From a virus: a DNA stretch of 64,000 bases. The stretch covers positions 70,146 to 134,145 of the IMG/VR virus record IMGVR_UViG_3300043811_000021; one strand, written 5' to 3'. Shown in pieces: positions 8,973 to 19,500 of the stretch; position 1 is the first letter of the stretch; every line of letters starts with the position of its first letter. The position numbers and the translations under genes are program-made. Under the pieces are notes generated by a model. It did no database searches, was not told the origin of the DNA, and saw only the letters and a list, made by a program, of their open reading frames with translations.

Positions 8973-11837
8973 CTAAACAGGCACTATCTTTCCAGTTGCT
9001 TCATCGTAGACGTGAGTATGTATTGGCCTCGACTGGCTAGACGTATCCATTGGCGCTAATCCTGCATTAGCGAAACTAGATTGCAGTTCCTCAGCTTGTT
9101 TCATTAGTTGCTGTGGATTCGGTTTAGCACTCGATTGTGGTCCAGTCGAATCATCAGGCTTGAATGGCTCTGGTTTCGTACCGTATATTTTTTCGTATAG
9201 TTCGTCTGCCTTTTTCTTCAATTCCTCTGGACTTGGCTTGTTTGCTCCTGTAAATCCAGCGGCTCCCCCTACGATACGAGTTGCAGTCTTTACCGCTGGC
9301 TTATTCAAAAACCTTGTGAGCGCAGGGGATACAGATACGCCTTTACTCTTTGCCGCATCAGCCAGTTTTTGCATATCCTCAGTAAAGAGGGCTTTTTGTT
9401 CTGCGGGAAGTTTGTTGAATTCTTCTACAACTTGAGGAGTAACCTTGGTAATCCATTCTCTTACTCCTGGCTTCTCAAGTATAGATGCAATCATTTGAGT
9501 ACCGCCAAGAACAAGTCCTCCAGCGGCGAATCCGTCTATAATTGCGGATGGAAGAAACCCTCCACTCCCCTTAAACGCCTCTAGACCAGCAAATGCTAAT
9601 CCACTAAGAGTTGCATAGAGGGCGCGTCGTAATCCTGTTTTCTTTAGTTCGTTTCTAACCTCGTCAATGTTCTTATCTATCGTCTGCGAATAATCAATAG
9701 GAGGATTCTTGTCCTTTAACGCATCCTCTGTCCATAGGGTCTTTCCCTGTGGATCGTTTTCTCTCGGCGCATTAGGATTATCTCTTTCTTGTGGCTTACC
9801 CGTAAAAGGTTCAGGGTCTGGTTTTAGACGATAAGCATCTATCGGATGATCCAAACTAGGAGGGGGAATCGGCTGTTTCAGAGATTTTCGGAGTTGGTCC
9901 TCTGTATCAAGGTGCTTCTTTACTTTCTCCCTCTGTGCTTTAACTTTTTCATAGTCTTCGGCAAGCGTAGGATCGTGTTTATTTGCAGCGTCTACTTGTT
10001 TCTGTTCTTGCTTCTCCTTAAACTGTTCAGGATTAGCTCTCTGTTCCATTTCTTCGTCATTGCTAAGTGGCTTATTCTTCTCTATACCAAATGCTTCTTT
10101 GTACTCGCGTGTTGCTTGACGAGCATCATCTAAATCAGAAGACAGTCCATTATCTGCTGCAATCTTAGATTCAGCATTGTATAAAGTTTTTTGCAATTGC
10201 TGCATTTCGCCTAACAAAGGTCCATCATGTCCATATCTTCCATTTCTTATATTTCTTGCGATAATAGATTGAGCGCGATGGATTTTGTCGAATGGTATGT
10301 CAACTCCAGATTTTGGGTCTAGGTCTATCGGGTCTGGAGTTAACCCCTCTGCCGCTACAGCCCTATCCACATTTGCTTTACCAAAATCATCCATGCTATC
10401 GTAGGCAGCTTGCGGTTCTTTGTGCCCCATTGCCTTAAGGATTTCATTCCTCTTTTGCACATACGGAGACCCTTGCTCGGCATCAGAAGGATCGGGGATA
10501 AGTTGATTTATCTCTCTCTGAACCTCTGGAGAAACTTTTCTTATTTTCTCTAGAGGCTGTTCTATGAATCCACCATCTATGGTTTTCGCATCCAATGCCT
10601 GATGAACAGGTTGCCACTTTGCATCAGCAGAGGCTTTTACCTTAGCTTTAGTAGCGTCATTTTTTGCGTAATAGTCTTCGGTCTGCTGCTTTAATTTCGC
10701 TTCCTCTGCACGGCGCAATTCTAATGCATGTTCAGCAGCGTCTCTTTCTCTCTGTATTTTTTCTGAGTCCAGCTTGTGTTTTTCTCTCACAGTATCATTA
10801 TGTTCGTTTACCTTCTTAACTTCCGCATCGTGTGCATCGGAACGCTTACCTAGCTCCTTTAGAGTAGATTCCTTATGTTCAATAGCTTTACCGAGAGCAT
10901 CCTTTCCTACTTCTTTTATCGTCTCTGGACTTGTATTTGTCACTGTGTTTACTAATTTGCGAGGCGCTCCCTTAACCGCGTTGAAAGTACCTACAGGATC
11001 AGAGACTGCCTTTACCGCACCTTCCGTAGCTTTTCCAGCAGCAACCATTCCTAATGCTGTTCCAGCCAAATCTGATACCGCATAACTAGGGTTCTTATCA
11101 GAAAGCTCTTTTAGATGCATAACATAGTTAGGGACCATAGAAGCAGGCATCATTTGAACTAGACTAGCCATTCCCTTAACCGCTGTTCTAGTGTCGTGAG
11201 AAAGTAAATCTTTAGATGCTCCAACAACTTGAGGTATCATGTCAGCAGTACCGAATAATGTATTTGCGAATGATCCGCCTGCATTTAGAACTGTGTCTAC
11301 TGAATTTGCGCCAAAGTTCCACGCTGCCTCTCCTATATTTTTTGTATTAAGATGAGAAGTTGGACGATTCGCCCCAGTAGGCACAGCGGCCTTCGCAAAC
11401 GCCTCTCTTGCCTTGCTCCATAGTCCCGGAGTCGCTTCCACCTCTTCTGGTATAGGAGTCTGCTTTACTACCTTACCGCCCTTAAATAATCTACCTTCCA
11501 AAAGTCCTAGCGGGTCTGCTCCTTTTTCTGCATCAGCGGCAGGTTGAAGTGTTGCAAAACGATCCTTAGCGTAATCTTCGCGCCCTTTTGCGTTTGGAAT
11601 AGTGATCTTATTTGAGAACTTATAACCTGCTTTTCCAGCCTCGTCTACGCGACTGAACGGAACAGGAATCTGCTTTCCATTCGCGTCCTCCATCGCGTAC
11701 AGTCCTTCATTCTCCTTACCTTTTAGCTTGGTAGTGAAGTCAGGAGTGGAAGGGGCAGACGAATCTGGCGAGTCTAAGACATATCCCTGTGGAAGAGACG
11801 ATGCTGCGTCAATTGTGTATCCCTTTGGAACTGCCAT
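8973..11837 (-). CDS. large internal virion (ejection/DNA-transfer) protein
   Basis: 954 aa, helical and Ala/Lys-rich with hydrophobic segments; N-terminal PxGYxxD repeats; follows the tail genes. Confidence 0.6.
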   Translation of the reverse strand: MAVPKGYTIDAASSLPQGYVLDSPDSSAPSTPDFTTKLKGKENEGLYAMEDANGKQIPVPFSRVDEAGKAGYKFSNKITIPNAKGREDYAKDRFATLQPAADAEKGADPLGLLEGRLFKGGKVVKQTPIPEEVEATPGLWSKAREAFAKAAVPTGANRPTSHLNTKNIGEAAWNFGANSVDTVLNAGGSFANTLFGTADMIPQVVGASKDLLSHDTRTAVKGMASLVQMMPASMVPNYVMHLKELSDKNPSYAVSDLAGTALGMVAAGKATEGAVKAVSDPVGTFNAVKGAPRKLVNTVTNTSPETIKEVGKDALGKAIEHKESTLKELGKRSDAHDAEVKKVNEHNDTVREKHKLDSEKIQRERDAAEHALELRRAEEAKLKQQTEDYYAKNDATKAKVKASADAKWQPVHQALDAKTIDGGFIEQPLEKIRKVSPEVQREINQLIPDPSDAEQGSPYVQKRNEILKAMGHKEPQAAYDSMDDFGKANVDRAVAAEGLTPDPIDLDPKSGVDIPFDKIHRAQSIIARNIRNGRYGHDGPLLGEMQQLQKTLYNAESKIAADNGLSSDLDDARQATREYKEAFGIEKNKPLSNDEEMEQRANPEQFKEKQEQKQVDAANKHDPTLAEDYEKVKAQREKVKKHLDTEDQLRKSLKQPIPPPSLDHPIDAYRLKPDPEPFTGKPQERDNPNAPRENDPQGKTLWTEDALKDKNPPIDYSQTIDKNIDEVRNELKKTGLRRALYATLSGLAFAGLEAFKGSGGFLPSAIIDGFAAGGLVLGGTQMIASILEKPGVREWITKVTPQVVEEFNKLPAEQKALFTEDMQKLADAAKSKGVSVSPALTRFLNKPAVKTATRIVGGAAGFTGANKPSPEELKKKADELYEKIYGTKPEPFKPDDSTGPQSSAKPNPQQLMKQAEELQSSFANAGLAPMDTSSQSRPIHTHVYDEATGKIVPV

Positions 11838-13477
11838 TAGATTGGATTCCCCGTCTGAAGATCAAACCATTTTGCGGTAGGAGATTTAGGATCGTCATTC
11901 GTACCGATCTTGTGCTTTGTTTGTGGATTGGTAGCCGTTGTCTTGTATTTTGTTCCACCGCCAGCAGGTGTCTGTCCTCCTGTACCACTATTCTGGTTCT
12001 TGAGGAAATTGACCTCATCCTGCTTCGACTTCATGTTCTGGTGCGCACCATCTACTAACTGTCTCACAACATCAGCAGGCAAAGCTCCTGTGGACGGATT
12101 GTTAGCCCATTGCTCAAGTGTATTTCCCCATCCAGATTTGATTACATAATCCAAAGCCTGTGTAGTGAATCTTCCGGCGCTCATCTTTTCCAATGAAACC
12201 GCAAGGCGTTTCTGATTGATAGCATCGTTTGGCTTTAACGCTACTTGATCTGCAAGGCTAGAGAGTGCTACAGCTTCTCCTAGCTCTCCAGTTGCCTTGT
12301 TCAGAGCAGGATTTGCTTTCGTAAAGTCCAAAGCAGGCCCAATAGGAGATTTGGTTCCTTTTGGAGGCGAAGATATATGCGAATTTAACTTCTCAGCAGC
12401 CTTCTTTAATTCCGCAGGAGTTTTCGGCGGTGGTGTTGTACTAGACGCAGTTCCTGATGATGGCGCTGAACTTGGCGCTGTTGGAGAAGGCGGAGTCGCA
12501 GGAGAACCTTTTTCTCCCGGAAAACTCTTATGGCTCGTTGTTGTCTTAGTATAAACGTGAGCTTGATTGTTCTGGTCAAAAACTAGATTTCCAGATGAGC
12601 TTGTCGTGTCTGGGGTGCTCTCTTGTTTATATTTTTCAATCGCCTGATCTGCTTCTTCTGGAGATAGTTGATCTAAATCTCTACCTCCGTAATGGGCACG
12701 AGTCCATTCCGCTTGAGCAGCTTTACTCTTCACCGAATCTGCCTTGAATTGCATGATAGTTCCCTTGTATCCCTCAGCTTTAGCTGCGTTATATTCCGCA
12801 AGCTCTTCGCTTCCTACAGTCGGATTGGAATACGGGATAGACCCCGGAATAAAAGAATCTGGATCGTTAATGTCGGCAGCGTATATAGTCCCATCTGGAG
12901 CCTTATAGACCTTGTTATTTTGTTTCTGGTAAATCTTAAAAATAGCCTCCCTAGCCCGCTCCTTGTTATCTTCCGACATACCAGACTTATTAATCGCAGC
13001 GAGTTGCGCGTTTACTTGTGCATTATATTTATTAGACGCATCCTGCTCTGGTGAAATCGGAGCCGCCGCAATTAACCCCTCTGCCGCCTTCATGTCTTGC
13101 GCATTGCCTTGGGCTTGCTTGAACCTTTGCTTTTGAATCCTATCTTGAGGCTTCGTAATACCCAAAGCATCTGTTATCAAATGCCCATGAGATGCGATAA
13201 AACCTGGACTTTTTTCTGGATGGTATAGTTCTCTTACTCCGTGAAGAGTATTCTGCATCTCGTTTACAGCATCATTGTATTCTTGGCTTCCCTTTTCGAG
13301 CGTAGGAATCTTCTTTTGGAGATTATCCAATTGGGTTGCGTACATCTGAGCTTTGTTTTGGCGCTCTTCATTGGACGCAGCTAATTTTTCAGCTATTACA
13401 CCTTCAGTATAGCTATTAGCCATTCCATTATCCTCCAAAGAAAGGTGATCCGCCTGATAATCCAGAAGCCCCGCCAC
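11837..13477 (-). CDS. internal virion (ejection) protein
   Basis: 546 aa helical protein with a Pro/Ser linker; syntenic with P22 gp7/gp20/gp16-type modules. Confidence 0.55.
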   Translation of the reverse strand: MAGLLDYQADHLSLEDNGMANSYTEGVIAEKLAASNEERQNKAQMYATQLDNLQKKIPTLEKGSQEYNDAVNEMQNTLHGVRELYHPEKSPGFIASHGHLITDALGITKPQDRIQKQRFKQAQGNAQDMKAAEGLIAAAPISPEQDASNKYNAQVNAQLAAINKSGMSEDNKERAREAIFKIYQKQNNKVYKAPDGTIYAADINDPDSFIPGSIPYSNPTVGSEELAEYNAAKAEGYKGTIMQFKADSVKSKAAQAEWTRAHYGGRDLDQLSPEEADQAIEKYKQESTPDTTSSSGNLVFDQNNQAHVYTKTTTSHKSFPGEKGSPATPPSPTAPSSAPSSGTASSTTPPPKTPAELKKAAEKLNSHISSPPKGTKSPIGPALDFTKANPALNKATGELGEAVALSSLADQVALKPNDAINQKRLAVSLEKMSAGRFTTQALDYVIKSGWGNTLEQWANNPSTGALPADVVRQLVDGAHQNMKSKQDEVNFLKNQNSGTGGQTPAGGGTKYKTTATNPQTKHKIGTNDDPKSPTAKWFDLQTGNPI

Positions 13478-14042
13478 TCATAAATGCTTGACCAGCACTC
13501 TGCCCAGGTAAACCTCCAGAAGCCAATCCACTCAAACCACCAGTTGCAAATGATTCTCCTGCCTGAACCGCCCCTGTGATGCCTTTCCCTAAAATCGAAT
13601 TAGCCCAGTTCGCCATGCGCTCCTGAGATAATTGCGCATTTTGTCCATAGGCAGACAAACCCGTTCCTAAAAGGCTCGATCCAATGCTTCCAAGATTACT
13701 AGCGGAAGAATTGGTCAAACTTCCTATTAGGCTTGTAATATCACTATGGACTTTATCGTTAGTCGCTGCATTGCTGGCCGCAGTTCCACCTGAACGAGTT
13801 CCGAAGATTGAGTTGGCCTTGGTTTGCTCCTGAGCCGATTTTTTCGCAGCCCCTATCTCTGGCGACAAAGCCTGAGAAACCTTACTCGAATCTCCAGACA
13901 AAATGCTGTTCCAGAACTTACTCGCGTTGCCAATGTCAGATTGCCCTTGACCTGTAGCCCAGCCAGCAATCTGACCCGTGGCACCGATGTCTGTATTCAA
14001 ATTTTCGTTTTGGCCGCCAAAGAGGGACGAGAAGAAGCCCAT
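13428..14042 (-). CDS. Gly/Ser/Ala-rich DNA-transfer (pilot-like) protein
   Basis: MGFFSSLFGG start, low-complexity amphipathic sequence, first gene of the ejection module. Confidence 0.6.
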   Translation of the reverse strand: MGFFSSLFGGQNENLNTDIGATGQIAGWATGQGQSDIGNASKFWNSILSGDSSKVSQALSPEIGAAKKSAQEQTKANSIFGTRSGGTAASNAATNDKVHSDITSLIGSLTNSSASNLGSIGSSLLGTGLSAYGQNAQLSQERMANWANSILGKGITGAVQAGESFATGGLSGLASGGLPGQSAGQAFMSGGASGLSGGSPFFGG

Positions 14043-14119
14043 GTCATTCATTCCTAACGACTTATTAAGTCATATTGAAATAAATAGGACGCGCTCCCGG
14101 ACGGCCTATCAATTCCCTC

Positions 14120-14148
14120 ATTGTAGCGGCAAAGCCAGTAGAAAGCAA
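14120..14148 (-). promoter_or_regulatory. sigma70-like promoter for the ejection module
   Basis: minus-strand TTGCTT-N17-TACAAT. Confidence 0.5.
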
Positions 14149-14155
14149 TTACTTT

Positions 14156-14779
14156 CTAACCTTTTCGGTACCATGAAGTCCCATTCCATATAAACTCTCT
14201 AGCTGTAGTCGCTGCGATCACGTCACTCGTTCCATCGGCGACATGGCTTGTGGCTACCGCAGCGAACGTCACCGAGAAAGCTGATGTATTGAGCACCATC
14301 TGCACTTGCCCTGCAGTGGTCCCGGAGGTCAAAATAACCCCTGTTACAGCCGCCGTTGGCGTTACTGTAGTAACAGGTCCAGCAATCGCAATTGTACCTC
14401 CTGTAGCCAATGCAGCCGATCCTGTAACAGTTTCCGCAAACCCCTTTTGCATGGTCTGCAACACAGTAAAAGAGTTTGCCGTTCCTATTCCAGCATAGTC
14501 AGTCCCTGCTACTGCAATGGTTGGTACGCCTGTCGAGGTCGTGTTTTTAAGAATCCCTGTCGCTAAACCAGAAAGCAATGTCCCATTTAACCCTTTAGCG
14601 GTCATGGCGAGGCTTCCCGCCGTGTTCGTCACGTCTCCAGTATGCGCTGGCTCAGATGCAGCAGGAAGTATGCCTCTCGCCTGTGTAGACAAATTAATTG
14701 TCGTAGCCGAGGCCATCATCAACAAACAGGCTATTAAACATAACGAAATACTTATCGGTTTAGTACCTATAATTCGCAA
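14156..14779 (-). CDS. fibre-like protein with N-terminal signal peptide
   Basis: MRIIGTKPISISLCLIACLLMMASA|TTINL; shares TGDVT...LKNTT.TGVPTIAVAGTDY with 14760..15473. Confidence 0.6.
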   Translation of the reverse strand: MRIIGTKPISISLCLIACLLMMASATTINLSTQARGILPAASEPAHTGDVTNTAGSLAMTAKGLNGTLLSGLATGILKNTTSTGVPTIAVAGTDYAGIGTANSFTVLQTMQKGFAETVTGSAALATGGTIAIAGPVTTVTPTAAVTGVILTSGTTAGQVQMVLNTSAFSVTFAAVATSHVADGTSDVIAATTAREFIWNGTSWYRKG

Positions 14780-15473
14780 GTAGTTTGTCCCCCGTCAATG
14801 GTGCAGTTAGCATTGTGATTGTTGCTGTTGAGATTGTATAGTCGTTACCAGCCCCTGCCTGTTGCAAAACTCCATTCAAGTAGAGACTTAAAGACGTATT
14901 TACAGGAGTATGCGCTAAGGTAAAAGTAGTCAACACTCCATTCGGAGTTCCGCTTGGAACTTCATTGTCTGAGAAATTTGGAGAACTGCCCGTAGAACTA
15001 ATTACTCCAGCAGAAATTGTAATCGTTGTTCCATCTGGCTTTACTACTCCAAAGGCCGATGTAGTCGCCTGAGATAAAGCCGCTGACGATCCACTCGGAG
15101 TAAGATAATCCGTTCCGGCAACTGCGATTGTAGGCACTCCCGTAGTCGTCGTGTTTTTCAATAACCCTGTTGAAAGTCCAGATAGAGCTACTCCGTTGAT
15201 CTGCTTTACCGTGGTCGCAACGGTCCCGGCGCTCGTAGTCACATCTCCTGTCAGAGCAGGCATCTGTGTAGACCCAAGGCTCCCTGAGAGATTCGTGAAC
15301 GATGGTTGTGTCAAAACGGGAGCGCCAGCAGTTGTAATGCTGCTTATCCATTGGTTAGAAGCGCCTACCGTTGACTGAATTCCGCCAATCGTAGAAGCTG
15401 TTGGGGCTGGGAGATTACCGGAAGGTAACGTACCCTGTGACTGTGTGGCGAGATCGATCTTTGTTGATGCCAT
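14760..15473 (-). CDS. tail/head fibre-like structural protein
   Basis: Thr/Ser/Gly-rich repeats; C-terminal FTLAHTP...DYTIS...YRY domain. Confidence 0.65.
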   Translation of the reverse strand: MASTKIDLATQSQGTLPSGNLPAPTASTIGGIQSTVGASNQWISSITTAGAPVLTQPSFTNLSGSLGSTQMPALTGDVTTSAGTVATTVKQINGVALSGLSTGLLKNTTTTGVPTIAVAGTDYLTPSGSSAALSQATTSAFGVVKPDGTTITISAGVISSTGSSPNFSDNEVPSGTPNGVLTTFTLAHTPVNTSLSLYLNGVLQQAGAGNDYTISTATITMLTAPLTGDKLLANYRY

Positions 15474-15489
15474 TTATCCTCCTTACAAC

Positions 15490-16458
15490 TTAGTACCTGT
15501 ACCAAGCCCGTAAAGGCCCCATTGAGGGGGCGGTAGCGAACGTAATTGTGCTCCCGGATAATGTATAGTCTAACCCAACCCCCTGTGCCTGTGTCAATCC
15601 TGAAAGATTTAACTGCAAACTCAAAGCAGGATTAGGAGAATGGGCGAGAGTAAACGTAACATTCGATCCGTTTATCGTCCCCCCTGGAGTCTCGCTGTCT
15701 GCAAAATTCGGGACCACTCCCCCAGCTGTGCTGATTACGCCAGCGGAAACAGTTATAGTCGTATTATCAGGCTCAACTATTCCAAAAGTGGTAGAAGTTG
15801 CTAGTGGTAACTGCGCAGGAGTTGCAATACCTGAAATATCTGTAAATGCAGGCTGAGTCTGGGTAAAAGCTCCCGTCGTACTATTATATGAATTTATCCA
15901 TTCATGTAGTATCGCTGGAGTATTCTTAGGCTCCGCAGACATAGGCTCTACGAAGTAATTTGTCCCATCATAGGAAACTGTTACAGCGTTATTCCCCGGA
16001 AGAGTAAATGATGCGTTTCCGTTTATTGTTCCGCTAGTTGGAGTTAGTGTAGCTGTTCCAGTTCCTATATTTAGAAATGAAGTAAAGAACGGAAGTGTTA
16101 TCCCAGAACCATCTCCTAAACCAGATAGAGTAACTGCAATCGGAGAAGCATCGCTTAAGATAATAAATGATCCATTATCTGATGGCTGTGTGGAATATGT
16201 TGTAACTCCTGTCTGGTTATTTACAAATCCTATCGTATTAGATGTTTGAATTATCGTTTCACTGACTGTCGAGTTATTTATTGTCTCATTCGTAGTTGCG
16301 ATAGATGATGTATTCGCGTCTATCTGTGACTTTAAGATAGGTATCGCATTTTGTGCATCGAATATGGCGTTCCATAGGTTCTTAATCACATACTGATGCT
16401 GAGGCGGCATATCGGAAATATGCGGCTCGAATGGAAAACGATTTTGCGTTGTACTCAT
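15490..16458 (-). CDS. tail fibre-like structural protein
   Basis: N-terminal coiled coil; C-terminal domain paralogous to 14760..15473. Confidence 0.65.
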   Translation of the reverse strand: MSTTQNRFPFEPHISDMPPQHQYVIKNLWNAIFDAQNAIPILKSQIDANTSSIATTNETINNSTVSETIIQTSNTIGFVNNQTGVTTYSTQPSDNGSFIILSDASPIAVTLSGLGDGSGITLPFFTSFLNIGTGTATLTPTSGTINGNASFTLPGNNAVTVSYDGTNYFVEPMSAEPKNTPAILHEWINSYNSTTGAFTQTQPAFTDISGIATPAQLPLATSTTFGIVEPDNTTITVSAGVISTAGGVVPNFADSETPGGTINGSNVTFTLAHSPNPALSLQLNLSGLTQAQGVGLDYTLSGSTITFATAPSMGPLRAWYRY

Positions 16459-16586
16459 TTCTTTTTAGCCGCCCATTTTGTACAGGACGTACATAGACCG
16501 TTACTCGGAACTTGAGTCTGCACTACTCCGCATCGTGTGCATCTTTTGCTCGTTATTTTTCCCGGATTACCTGGATTGCTTATCAT
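16455..16586 (-). CDS. 43-aa zinc-ribbon microprotein (not in ORF track)
   Basis: MISNPGNPGKITSKRCTRCGVVQTQVPSNGLCTSCTKWAAKKK; ATGA-coupled on both sides. Confidence 0.55.
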   Translation of the reverse strand: MISNPGNPGKITSKRCTRCGVVQTQVPSNGLCTSCTKWAAKKK

Positions 16587-19500
16587 CCTTCCCCTCCCGT
16601 GCTACCAAAAATAGGAACTGGGACATAATCCCCAACCGAACCCCACGCTCTTTGGTAGGCGATGCAGCCTTGGAAGTTGAGAACAAATGGAACAGAACTA
16701 GAAAATTGGAACCATGCCAATTTATACTTATTCGGCCCTGGCCTAAAGAAATACTTCGTCAACTGCCCAGATGTAGATGGAAGTGTGATCGTGGGAGGGC
16801 CATAACTGTTATTCCCTTCATCAGCAGGATACATGTTTAGTGTAACCGTAGAAGTTGACGAGTATTCCACTACCATCTGTCCAGTATGACAATATCCTTT
16901 ATCTCCTATGGCCGCGCTCATTACTGTTCCGGTTATAGTTTCTGGCCCGGAACTAGACAATTGTCTTACAGTTCCATCGCTGCATCCTACTAAAACTCCT
17001 TGCTGGCTTTGCCCTTCATTCGCAGCATGTATAGTCGCTCCTGGAGTATATAAATCCCAAATCCAAGCATGATTATTCATGTCAAAGACGAGCGTGTGAG
17101 GGTTTCCATCTCCTAACCCTATGTAGTCATAATATAGGAACTGATTAACTATCGAAAATCTTTGGGATTGAGGTTGTGAGTCATCTGGGGGATAGATAGT
17201 TATCCCCTCGCGTGTCACAGGCTGTGGAACGCTTGTCCCAGAATCAGATGATTCATGCGGGAAGATAGGATACAAAGAATCATCGGTAATAGACTGCGAA
17301 GCAGAGCCGTAAGAAGATACGTGAATTCCGTCACTAACTCTGAAAAATATTAACCCTCCACCAGAAACACACACGCACCGAGGCATGTATAGACCTCTAG
17401 TGATAGAGCTTTCCTGTAGAGTCCACTGTGATCCAGTAGTACCTTCCGCCGTTGCCGTAGAGTTTGAAAAGTTAGGGAGTATGAGCCATCCACGCTTGAT
17501 TGAGAACAGCACTCCTAGCCCCCCAGCGATTGCCCCGTTCACGAGAGGCTCTCCTGGGTCTGTAACATCTTGAGCGTTTGTATCAGGAGCCGAGTCCAAG
17601 TTTGATCCTTGACACCAGTACAGTGTCCCCGGCCTTAGCGGGTCTCCTACTGCATACGCATAGTTAATGTTGTCTGTTGGCCCCCACATGTACGGTAGAG
17701 GTTGAGCAGCTAGGATAGGCTCTGGGATTTCATACGCTACATTCGTTGCGTTCGGAACTCCCGGAATAGTTACACTTGTACCTGAAGTTGGCCGCGCAAT
17801 AAACACATAAGCCAATGACGTAGGGGAGCCAATTAAGATAGTTGTTCCTGCAAGCCATCTTATATTAAATCCAGTAGACGATCCGCCTATCGCTCCTCCA
17901 GAAACCCAAGTAATTACTCCTCCAGATATGCTGCATATTCCTTTCTGAGGAAGATCAATAGAGGGGAAAGGCTCAAAGTTATCAAACTGAAGTAGTTGAT
18001 CCCCTAGCTCGGTATCAAGAAGTGAATCAGAGATGGGAGTATTCGTTCCCGGTACGGTTCCAAGATCGTCGTTCGGACCCGTAGCTACATAGGTAAAGTT
18101 TGTTGTAGTCGAGTCCAGACGGTAGTAGTCAACAACATCCACTTGAGGGTCTGGAGACCACAGAGATGTTACCGTATTAGCCGTTACAGGCACAGCTTCA
18201 GCCGTAGACTCTGGAGAGGGATTAGAAACCGCTCCTGTAGCCGAGCTTCTATAGACATACCTGTACTGAACATCCTGTCTCACGTTCGCTGGCAATGGAG
18301 GAATTATCGTCGCACTCCCACCTGCCGTCGCAGAGCCATCCAGAAGCAATATACGTCCTGAGTGATACCAGTAGTCGTAATCAATTTCAATGGGATATAT
18401 TCCAGCCGCAGGAACGTTCACTACAACTGTTGTCTGAGCATAGTTACCTCCACTACCATTGTTGTAGTTTTGTCTGGGTAGAAGTGGATATCCTCCTACT
18501 ACCGTAATCGTCTGTCCAAATCCAGATATAGAAGAAGTTCCTGGTTCTCCGCTTCCCGATGTTGAAACAGAGACTAAAGTGACTCCTCCACCAATTCCCC
18601 AAATGCAATCATCGTGATTGGTCAGAACAAAAGTATAATGACCTCCAGAGGGAAAATAAAGATTACCTTGCAAACAAAAGTTGAAGTTAGCAAACTGAGT
18701 ATTATTTGTATTCTGAGGCGCAGGTACCGTAATTGGCGCAGCAAACACAGCATTGCTTCCAGATGCCACACTCTCTGGAGTTAAAACCGTCCACTCCATA
18801 GGAAGAGATGGTGATCCAACACCCGGCAATCCAGGAAGTCCAGCAGAAAAAGTAGCATCGAAAATAAAAGAGTTTCCTGTTGTCGTTCCTACCGCATTTG
18901 AGATACTCCTTGTCGGTCCTGATCCACTAGGATCATCAGGATTCTTCCAGATATACCCGGAAACTGGTCCAGATTGCGGACTATCTCCCCAGTAGTAGAG
19001 GTTCATGGTCCCTAAAGTCGCCACATAAGAAGGAAGAGCGTTGGTAGTTACAGAACCTTCAAAGGTAATCAGGCCAGAGTTTGGAGGCGATCCCTGAGTG
19101 AATGTATTACCCACTGAGTTCAAACCAACCTGAAAAGCTACAGCCCCGAAAGGAACAGTGATATTCGCGCTCGAACTAAACGCCAATCCAACATCTACGA
19201 TATTAGAAACAAATAACGGAGCTACACCGGCAGGGATAACATTTCCAGAAGCATCTGTGAAAGCCCCTACAACATAAGAAGCTGTAGTAGGAGTACCGCC
19301 ACTCCCTGCGATCTGGATAAACTGTCCCGGATAGCCGGGAGAACCCGCTCCTACTCGCGTCGATGACTGCGCAGTTAATGTAGGGTTAGTCGTACCGTTT
19401 ACCACAACAGTACCATCATTAGCCAAAGCAGTAATCGTTATAAATGTCGCATTCTGGCAGTTAATTACGAACGGAGCCGTACCGTCGATGGGCGGGATGA

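Noticed and set aside
14156-16458. Diversity-generating retroelement template/variable repeats
   Set aside because: Similarity is protein-level with many synonymous differences, not adenine-specific; no reverse transcriptase in the window
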